Source: Bigelowiella natans CCMP2755 (taxonomy: Eukaryota > Protista > Cercozoa). Taken from it: a stretch of 64,000 nt of DNA. Every line of letters starts with the position of its first letter. The first letter of the stretch is position 1. Shown one piece after another: positions 25,701 to 35,784 of the stretch. A program made the position numbers and the translations under genes. The stretch is from positions 8,101 through 72,100 of the forward strand of contig ADNK01001385.1 of the NCBI GenBank assembly GCA_000320545.1, written 5' to 3'. Below the pieces are notes generated by a model. The model saw only the letters and a program-made list of their open reading frames with translations. It ran no database searches and had not been told where the DNA came from.

Positions 25701-26530
25701 TATTAGGTAATACTGCGTTGATTTGGGGTTCACATGAGGGTCATTTGGAGATCGTGAAGTACCTGGTTGACATGAAGGCAAACATTGAGGCGGAAGGCTA
25801 TTGGGGTGGGCTCTGACGCTAACAGTGAGGCAGGAGTTGTAAAAGAAAATAAGTGATATGATATGATTACATAACTACGTATTAGGTAACACTGCGTTGA
25901 TTGTGGGTTCCGAAAGGGGTTATTTGGAGATCGTTAAGTACCTGGTTGACATCAAGGCAAACATTGAGGCGAAAGGCAAATGTGGTGGTTTCTGATGCTA
26001 ACACTGAGGCAGGAGTTGCAAAAGATGTTGCGCAATGTGATGTGATTACATAACAACACATTAGGTGATACACCGTTGATTTGGGCTTCCAAGAAGTGTA
26101 ATTTGGAGATCGTAAAATATCTGGTTGACATGAAGGCAAACATTGAGGCGAAAGATCAAGACGGTGCGATCTGATGTTAACAGTGAGGCAGGAGTTGTGA
26201 AAGATGTCATGTGATTTGATGTGATTACATGACAATGTGTCAGGCAAAACTGCGTTGATTTGGGGTTCACATGAGGGTCATTTGGAGATCGTGAAGTGCC
26301 TGGTTGACATGAAGGCAAACATTGAGGTGGAAGACAGAAATGGGGACACTCCCCATGATTTGGCAAAACATCACGAGCTCAAATCCTTCATCAACCAACA
26401 TTGCATTGATCGACGGGTTCAAGTGTTCAACAGAGACTTGAGGGATTTGCACTTCTTGAGCACGGAATTGAAGAGAGGGCTGGGGGCGGAAGTGGTCGCC
26501 ACGAATTCGAAAAAGTGGACGCACACGTGA
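22707..26530 (+). CDS. Ankyrin-repeat protein: N-cap exon, 16 single-repeat 99-bp exons, terminal exon (possibly decaying)
   Basis: Exon 1 is 22707-22824. The 99-bp phase-1 exons start at 23397, 23563, 23742, 23920, 24099, 24278, 24456, 24635, 24814, 24991, 25170, 25349, 25528, 25707, 25886 and 26065. Terminal exon 26244-26530. Consensus GDTPLIxGSxEGHLEIVKYLVDMKANIEAKxxx. Confidence 0.9.
23397..26342 (+). repeat. Tandem array of ~179-bp units (99-bp exon + ~80-bp GT-AG intron), 17 copies
   Basis: Near-invariant core CATTTGGAGATCGTAAAGTACCTGGTTGACATGAAGGCAAACATTGAGGCG recurs at 177-179 bp spacing (first spacing 166 bp). Confidence 0.97.
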
Positions 26531-27218
26531 GCAGATGCGCACCATCTCATGGATGCGTGCCATTTCATGGATGCGTGTCATTTGTGGGGTCTGCAATCTT
26601 GGGAAATCTGTGTTGTCCCGAGGACAACGTGAGGAGGCAAATGCCGCATGCAATGCATGTGGTGTCGCAAAAGACACCTGCTGCATCAACGAATTCTCCA
26701 GCAGCTGCAGATGAAGATGACAGACTGATGTAGCATTACACTAACATGCCAGTCGGATGCCCTGCATATTATGATGTTTGCCATCTGAGCACAGAGATAC
26801 AAAGATATATTTTGATATCATTGTCTCTATATCTGCATGGCGGCCTTTAATATGTCACACGCATGATAACTCGGCGGCTCCTCAGCTTTTCAGAATGTAG
26901 ATTCTCAGGCTGGCAATCGATTCGGCTAGCGTGTGATGTGCATACAAACTTGGCCATATTCCAAGGCATCAGCGTAACATGCATGATATGTACGATACAC
27001 AATACCAAGAGCGCTCAAATGTTAAGTTTTAACCGAAACATTGAGTTCCGTGTTGTGTATTTGCTAGGCCGCTTCTTATTTGCACAAGAGTCGAATTTAG
27101 GTTCCAAAACGTTCCTCACTGATATGATCATGTTAAAACGAATCAACCTGCATGACAAGTGTCTATTCTCTCATTCAGCATTTTTAGCCGTTGTTGACAC
27201 TTAATGTGTGCTATCTCT

Positions 27219-27603
27219 TTACCTACTCTCAAAGGGTGCAATGGTTACTACGAAAGATAACACTATAAAATATGTAAATGTCTGTAAGTTTTCTGGAGAT
27301 AGGGCTATGCCAAATATAGCTAGCGAATGGTAGTTGAGTGACTCTAGCACGCTACTTCTCTGCTGTAACATTATTTGTTTGAAACTGTCTCGCATTTCTT
27401 CTCTAATCAACGTAATGGCGTCTTGGTCGCTGACAGGCGAAGACTTTTGTCGCTCCCATTTTACGATTCGCTTTTGATTAGAGTGATAGCTACTTAGGTA
27501 TGTTGATTGCAAAACTAGATAGTTTCCTCAGATATCTCTCGTTTCTTCTTCTTCTTCTTTTCTCCCTTCCTCCCCCCCCCCCCCCCCCTCTCTCTCACTC
27601 CAA

Positions 27604-27645
<42 letters not shown>

Positions 27646-29192
27646 GTGTGTGTGCCTGTGTGTGAGTGTAACACCCCCTCTCGACGGACATACAAGTCTC
27701 AAATTAAAGCTACTTTTACAAATATAGTTGCTGTGAACATCAAGCACATTCGAGAAAACAGCTTGTATGGTACGAGCTGCTGAATCTTCTGCGTGGAGGT
27801 GACGACTTGTGATCCGATAAAGTCCTCCAGCAGGCACATTGCGACAACGCGTACTGTGAGCAGGACATTCTGCAGCCAAACGCCCTCCATTACTCTGTGC
27901 TCGTCAAAATTCCAAAAGAGAATAACACCGAGACGGACGATCGTGCATATATGCGTCAGGTGCAAGAAGGGTCCGAAGAATCGCTGCGGCACCCTCAACT
28001 TTTCACAGACGAAATCGAAGTGTTCACTGAGCTGTCCGATTGTATGTCGCTCATGGCTAACTCTCCACAACCTCACCATTGCTGTCAGATCTACTACCTT
28101 CATCATCATCAACGACAACGACATCCTGGTCATTATCGATCCAAGGAATACCGCATGCGAAATCGTTGACCTGATCTCGAACGTGGAGGCACACGAGTGA
28201 GAACACCACGACGCTTGCGGCAAAGGTGAGGTTGAATAGAAACTCGGCAGTGACATTAAAGTAGTGATGAGCGTGGAGGGCAGAACTTTCGAAATTTGCC
28301 TGGAATATTTGGTAGTACAGCGCAATGGTGTAGCTTAGGTACACTGCCATCAATACGTATATCATCGCAATGGCCTGCCGGTGGCGCATGTACAATCGCT
28401 GGTCGCAGAGCATTGCAAGGATCACCGGGCCCTCTTTGCGAGTGAGGAAGAACACCGCTGTCCAGCAGGAAAGCATCTGAAGTCCACAAAGAGTGATGCT
28501 TTTTCGCACAGACAGATATTCAAGATAAAAGTGCTGCATGTACTCGTATTGGTGTTAATGAAGTGTGGCTCAGGTTCGAACTGAGAACTTGGCAAACCAA
28601 AATATTGTTCGGAAAATTTCTTTTTCATTATTCGATAGGCAATGGCTGACCTTCACCACATACAGAATCTCACTCACTCGGCCCTCCCAAACTGTTGCAC
28701 CCGTGATCGTTGGCCGTCCGTTAGCCCACCAGCGAATATCAAAGCAAATACACACTACATACACACTAACTTGCAGAAGTGCCCACGCAAGTGAGACGTA
28801 AGACGGAATACGTATCCCGCATATGCTCTGAACAGGCCAGAGTCCGAACAATGCGAGCGTGCAGCGTACTGGTATATGCACGCCCAATATCTGTGCCTGC
28901 GTTGGCTCGAAATTTTGAGATCTCTGATGCTCTTTCTTATCGTCAGGCACGGAGCTTCCGTGAGGTTTGTAGATTTGTTTATCGCTAATTTTCCGCAGCA
29001 TCTTGTAATCAATTGAGCGGTATCGTTTTCGGCCAGTCGTCGCTGGTAATTTATTTTTCGTAACTGTGAGCAATCATACCAGGACACAGCTTCAAAAGTT
29101 TGTCTACAATAACACCTGAGGTTCCAGAGGAAGAAGTAGATACCTTCTGTCTTGGGTGTCGGCGACGGCTCCCGCCTCCTTTTGCATAAACA

Positions 29193-29234
<42 letters not shown>

Positions 29235-29402
29235 ACAAGGGCGAAGCCATACTGGTTGGACATCTTGCACAAAGAGAAGTTGGCCAAATAGGAGTGAATG
29301 GTATAGATAGCAACCTTTTTCGCTGCTATCATTCTCGTGCCGCAGGCTGCTGTAGTTGCCATGGGACAGGGAACGCAGCTTCGTTTCCCGAGGGGACCTC
29401 AT
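27219..29402 (-). CDS. Multi-pass membrane protein resembling DUF3537 / gustatory-receptor-like (7TMIC) proteins
   Basis: About 7 hydrophobic segments across exons. C-terminus LQQRSSVLESLNYHSLAIFGIALSPENLQTFTYFIVLSFVV resembles the DUF3537/GRL TM7 pattern. Junction near 28060-28100 is uncertain. Confidence 0.55.
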
Positions 29403-29763
29403 CAAAGCGCCGATTTACAGCCGGGAGGCGAGCAAGCGCACAGACCCATCGCGTTGAAACGCTTTGAACCGAGACTAGACTGGAGGTGACCCTTTTTTTC
29501 CGTTACCGGAGATGTACTCGAAGATACGATCGGCAGGCGCACTCGGTGAATAATTCCGTGTGCCACATCTAGAGAGATATTATTGGCTCTCAGGTGAAAA
29601 GAGGCCTACAAACGGCCTCCCTTTGTCAGATACTTGGGGAGACCTGGCTTGTCGCCAGGGAGGAATGGGTTCCGCTTTCGATTTTATCCCAGTCACTACC
29701 GGAATACTACCGGGATTTTGCGACTCCTCCCGGAACGGAACAACAACGGCGACCGAGATTTGG

Positions 29764-30577
29764 ATGATGGCTACTACTGCGCTTGCACGCCGAGCCCTCC
29801 GTGCTGCAAGGCCTGCCCTTCGTGCGTCGGTTCGAGGAATCCATGTAGAAAAAAGGCTAGAGGAACTAGGCTATAAGCTTCCAACGCCACCCAAGTCTCA
29901 AGCGAACTACGTACAATGCAACCAGGTTTGGAAGCTCGAAGGATACCCTTGCGGTGTTCGTGTCCGTTCATTCAACACATGATGGAAAAAGAGAATGAAG
30001 GAGGAGGAGGATGAGGAGGAGGAGGAGGAGGAGGAGAAGACGGACGGACATGATTGATTATAATTTTTATTCGAACCAGGTTGGAAATATTGTGTACCTT
30101 GCTGGGCACCTTCCTGTCCCAGTAAATGGAGAAATTGTCCGTGGCGTCGTTGGGAAAGATCTCGACATTAAAGAAGCTCAACAAGCCGCGCATCTTTGCG
30201 CCCTCAACCTTATTTCTACATTGAAAGCTTACCTCGGTTATAACTCTAGCATTACATTCTCAACTCTGCGCATCACACAGTTATGTTGCCAAAATAGGTG
30301 ATTTGGACCAAGTAAAGAAAATCGTAAAAGTCGTCGGCTTTGTTTCGTCTACAGGTGACTTTACTGAACACCATTTGGTTGTCAATGGGTTTTCTGATAC
30401 AATGGGCGAGGTAAGACTTCACAAAAATACCCATTTACTCTCGTGCGAACATTCATTCCGATGTATTTTAAGGTTTTCGAAGAAAAGGGAAGGCATGCTC
30501 GTTCGGCTGTCGGTCATCATGTTCTTCCGTTGAATGTTCCTGTTGAGATTGAAGCTATTGTGGAAATCGAGAATTGA
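29764..30577 (+). CDS. Rid/YjgF/YER057c/UK114 family protein with a mitochondrial-type presequence, 4 exons
   Basis: Arg/Ala-rich leader, then EKRLEELGYKLP..ANYV..VYLAGHLP..KIVKVVGFVSS..VVNGFSD..GRHARSAVG..LPLNVPVEIEAIVE*. Confidence 0.92.
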
Positions 30578-32112
30578 GATGATCAATTTTTCCAGTAGCC
30601 GAACTCAAGCTCTCTGCAACAAGGGATATTTATGATGATGGTGCTACAACTGTTTTGATGGGCAACTAACGAAAGGCAACTGCCGAACCAAATTTCAAGC
30701 GGTTTTCACTTTTGTTTAGTACACGACAACATTCAATGTGGACATAGCATGTGCTACATGTTGTTTTATTCACGCAAGCACGAAGTGCACACGTTGTGTC
30801 TGTGCAAGTCTGTTGCAAGACGAGCACATCATGTCCGCGCGCGGACAGAGACAACCTGTCTATCTTCTCGCAAATGGCATCCATGGAGCACTTGTGATGG
30901 TGCCATGCATGCTAGCATGTGCAGCGTGTCCACCAATGCAGTGAAATCAGTGGCACAGCATGCCCTCTGGCCCTGCTGTGCGCGTGTGATACAGCTCATT
31001 GCTCCAGCACGTGCCAGCGCTGGAGCGTGTGGCGACTGATCAAACTGTGCGAAGTGACGAGGGTTCCAGCGCAGCTCATTGTGATCTATAGATCATTCCT
31101 GCGGAAGCAAAATCAAGTCTAGAAGTGTTTGCGTCCAATTCACCTTGATGGGCCATTCCAGCATTCCACTCTTTGGCGTGCTCCAGTCTAATGAGCAGCG
31201 CCTAACAATGCCACACGTGGTACAACCTGGTGTCAACCCCAAGCTGGCTGTTTGCGATGCTGTTCAGTTGCGTGCGAGACTTGCCATCCCGGAGCCATCG
31301 ACAACTTCTTCAAACTCACACCCTTGCTAGCTTGCTCCTCCTGCAGCTTCTTCATCTTCAGCAGGTGAGTGGACTTCAACAGAAGGTGAGTGGACTTCAA
31401 CGTCCTCACAAGCCTTTGTCTGGGTTCTTCGCTGTTTGACAATTCAAAGGGGACACTGACGATCTCCAGATCTGAGCCGTGATGTCATCATTCTTTCATT
31501 CACACATCAGACTGAAAGTGACGTCCCAATTTTGTGCAGGTCCTGCTTTGATTTGTCTCGTTGAAAACGAAAGCTAGAAAGCCAGGTTTCTCCAACTGCT
31601 TGAACCGCCCTGGCTCCCTGTGTTCTTCTTTTGCGGAAACCACCACTGCGTTCAGATGAGTGGAGCGAGCTGAGCCTCTTGAGATGCGAATTGTCAACGA
31701 ACAACCAAGTTGATCTTTCTATGTGTTCCGGTTTTCCCGACATGATGTCAACGAACCCCCCTTGGGATTCCCAGCACCAACTGAGGTGACAACGGACGTG
31801 GTGGAGGAGTCTCATCATTTCGGTCAAAAAAAGGATTGCCGCACAGTGCAATTGCAGGCGGTTTCTTGCCAGAACAGAACAGAACCTCTGTCACACAAAC
31901 AACAATTGCCAACGAGGACTCCATCAAGAGTGCATGGATGGCTGAACTACAGCAGGATCGCCAGTCTGGCGCTCCACCAAGTTCTCACCGTCAGAACTTT
32001 CACATAACAGGTGAGACCGAGCAACGAAAGCAGTAGAGGTGATCTTCATTGCTTTTGATGTGTGTAAGGCGGCAGGAACTGCAATGTAATTCATGACATT
32101 AAAAATCTTGAA

Positions 32113-35100
32113 ATGAAGAAAAACATCCTCTGCATGTGCATCGTGGGTCAGAGAGGTATGAAAGATTTAATTGTGGAATTCATCAATTGTTGTTCTGAAT
32201 ATGTATCATGTAATATTATGCAGTTTGGATTGCTTCAGAAGATGGTTCATAAATCTAAACAAAGATGCACTGTTCAAATGTTTAGCGTTCTAATGCGAAT
32301 GTTACGCAATTAGGTTCTGTATACATTTTGTGTGTTAACTCCGGAGAAATAGTTGTAAGTGATTCAATTTGTGTTTTACAAATGGTCCCCTAAATCTAGA
32401 TAAAAGGCATCCAACTAAGTTTCACCTCTCATGAACTAATGATATTTCAAGGCTGAGCTTCGTGGAGATTCAGTTGTCAGAAGAGTTGCATCGAATTCAA
32501 GGGCATTGCCAGAAGAAAAAGTCTCAAATAATAAAGCTTTCCATGTGAATGCAATTGCACATCGGAAGGGAGCCATTGACGTTCTTCTCGGTTGTTCCGA
32601 TGGGTCAGATTCTTTCGCAAGAATTTTGTGAGAGTTACAAATCTTATGCTTGTGAATACGTCATGGACTTTCGAGCATGTAGTACTGCGATATTTATTTG
32701 GATTTTATGCACAGGTTTCTTCGATGGTATCGACCATCGGTTGATATTAATTCGCCGTCAAGCTTCGACTATCAATTAGTGCAGAAAAAGCTCTTACATG
32801 GATGTGAAATTCGATGTGTTGTGAAAAGTACGGTTATCGACGATAACGGACAATGTTCCTTTTGGACTGCAGGTAAAAGAAGAACGAAGAAATTATCTAC
32901 TCGATTTCTCTTTCCGAACAATTTGTATTATAGGCGACGATGGCCAAATTATCGAAAATGGCACTAGGAAAGTAGGCGTAGGTCTCTTACTCGTAAACAT
33001 AAGATACACCGTTTATTATTTTCTCTAAGAATCTAATTTTCCCATTGTTCTTGCGATTTAGGTAACAATGTTTGCATAGCAGCACTATTCCATGATCCTA
33101 AGACAAACCTTCTCTGGTCTGGAGCAAAAGGGAGTATCCAAATTTGGAAGGCAATGCGACTCTTTAAAGACTACATGTATCTGAAATTCTGAGATTAATG
33201 CCTATTGTATCTTTAAAAGGTTCCATTCGTTGACGAAAGTATTTCAAAATTTCTGGATAGAGACAAAAATGAAGTGGATTCTAGATTGAGTGACAATTTA
33301 CACAGAGTTGAGATTCAAGATGTTCATCATGGCACAGATGTGAGATGTATGATAGGAACTGAAAAACATGTATGGACTGGAGGACAGGATGGCGTTGTTA
33401 CAGGTGTACGAGAATATCAGCATTTATTTCTAAGTCAGCGGATATCAATATATTTGCAGTATGGGATCGAAAGTCCATGCAGAAGATAGTTGAAGTGAAG
33501 GCACACGAAAAGTTTGGAGTTACATGTATGGCACAGGTAAAGTAAAGCAGATTCGCTTTCTTTAAATTATATCAATGTCATTTTCTTCTAGGCAAATGGA
33601 CTTGTTTGGACCGGGGGATCTCATGGTATCTATCGTGTTAATTAAGAAAATATTAATAAACCAGAAACAAATATCTTAGGGATATCAATCTGGAGTGCCG
33701 CGACCTTTGACTTAGTTGATAAGTTATCCTTACCTAAAGGCAACGTTACATGTATAAAAGCTTATGAAAAAGGGTACTATGACTACTATATATTTTCATA
33801 TCAATTTTAACTTTTTATGATCGAGCCTCCTAATGATAAACACATAATCGCAGCATGTGGATTGGGTCAAAATCCCATGGACGCTGCTACATTTACAGAA
33901 TTGACTCTTTAACTGCGACCTTTCATAGAGACTCCAGCTCGAGAGGTCCGTCAGTGGAAAGAAATTCTCTGAATAATTATGAACAGGGAATGAACTTAGA
34001 GGTCGAGAGGCATAAGAAAGTGCCGAAAAAAAAATCAACGTTGCAGCAGGAACAAGAACAACATTTTGCACTACAAAATTTAAAACCCCGAATGAGTACG
34101 AAAATTGAAAAATTTAGGCAGCTAAAATGTATTTATATATTTATTTTGCATAATTACAATTGTATGTATGTCTCTGTGTAATCATATACCAATATATCAT
34201 ATGCACACACTCAGGTCTACCAGGAGAAGGTCAACCTCCAGATACCCCAGGTAAGGGACATGAAGCTATCTCTCAGAAAGGCGAGCATAGGAATACTGCT
34301 TCAATTTCAGCGAACAAAGTTACCTTTGCAGAACGTGACACTAATATAGCTGACCTCATCGTAAGAGAAAGTGCAAGCGAATCTTCCCAGCAGGTAAAAT
34401 AAAACGTGTATGTACATGTGTGGTATTCTCACTAACCATGAAATATACTTATTTTAACTTACGATATTTTGGTTATGTGGAGTAGACACATTCGACCGCA
34501 ACTACAGAATTGATTCGTAGTTTCACTGCCTCAAATTCCAGTTCGTCATGTCGAAGATGTCGTAGATTAGCTCGAAAGGCAGCATCGTATGAAAGAAAAC
34601 TAGGACGTGTGGTTATGGAACTTTCAGAGACACGTCGGGAGCGTGATTCTAATAGAGCAACTGCAGCAAGGCTTGCTGACCGCCTTGATGAAGCATTAAA
34701 GTCGGTTGCCGAGCTTCAGAGGGAAATGAAGTACATTGAAAATAATGACATTGTGGAAAACACCTTAGACAAACTAATTCAACGAGCTGGAGAAAGAACT
34801 GAAGAATTCGTATCTTCAATGGGTTGGGGAGCTGTAGGATTCGGGTCTTCGGTTGGTGGATTTCTTATAATGCACGCTCAGTCCCATTCTCCTATTTTAC
34901 ATGGAGTTGCCTGTTCAGCAGTACGTGGTGTTATTAGTAACTTTGGAACTAGACAAAATACGGAAGGAATATTGAATGTACTTCTTCAACGCGAAAGTGC
35001 TTTAGCTGCGGATGGACCCTTCATAAGAGTCTGCGCGTTACTCGGCTCTCTTGGATTTTCGCATATGTATATGCTAGCTAGTGCACAGATGAAAAGGGCA

Positions 35101-35292
35101 CGAAAAAGGCATTATAGGAAACTTTTAGGGGATGTTCAGAATGGAATGTTAATTGATCGCGAAACTGGTGAGGATCCCAACCAAGCCTTAGTTCCTTTAC
35201 TTCTTTTTACATCCGCTAGTTGGTTAGCTCTCGGTTTAACTCTTGGATGGTGGACTTCTGAACAAAAAAAAAATGAAACATCCACACGCTAA
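32113..35292 (+). CDS. WD40-like beta-propeller protein with C-terminal coiled coil and hydrophobic segments; start uncertain
   Basis: Short-intron exons give SFWTAGDDGQI, LWSGAKGSIQIWK, DVRCMI..HVWTGGQDGVVTVWD and LVWTGGSH. Last exon is the 34510-35292 ORF. Confidence 0.6.
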
Positions 35293-35784
35293 TGTTCATT
35301 GATAATCAAGTAATTGGTCTGATAATTTTTCATTCATTTCAAATTACTCGCTCTAGCACTAGAGAGCTCTGGCAAGTTGAAAACACTAGAAGAGAGTGTT
35401 CATTCTTTGATTTTCTGAGTCTGGACGCATGCTAGCATGTTCTTGTTGTCTAGTCGCGTGTAGTGGTCTAGGAACAGCTTCACAAATGAGTGACAGCTTA
35501 GCTGCCCAGCTAGACAGGCCGCCGCGGAGCAATGAATTGGTTTGAAACTGTGCGCTGCGCAAAACCGAGATGAGCACTCACAAAACAATTTTGTGCAGCT
35601 TGCAGCAAGCAACATTATTAGCAGTGCGCAGTGCAACAACCCTGCTTCCTCATGCATGCGATTTAAACAATGAATGTAGTTGCATTTTCCATCAGATTTT
35701 CTTTCACATGATGGAAATAAAATCGCAATGGTGTACATGCATCTGAATCATCATGTTTGTTCAAGAGTTATGTGAAAAGCTCTT

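Noticed and set aside
23397-26342. CRISPR-like repeat-spacer array, or genes on the minus-strand ORFs listed in the track
   Set aside because: Units are 179 bp, the 'spacers' are homologous GT-AG introns, and the repeats encode ankyrin on the plus strand. The minus ORFs are shadows.
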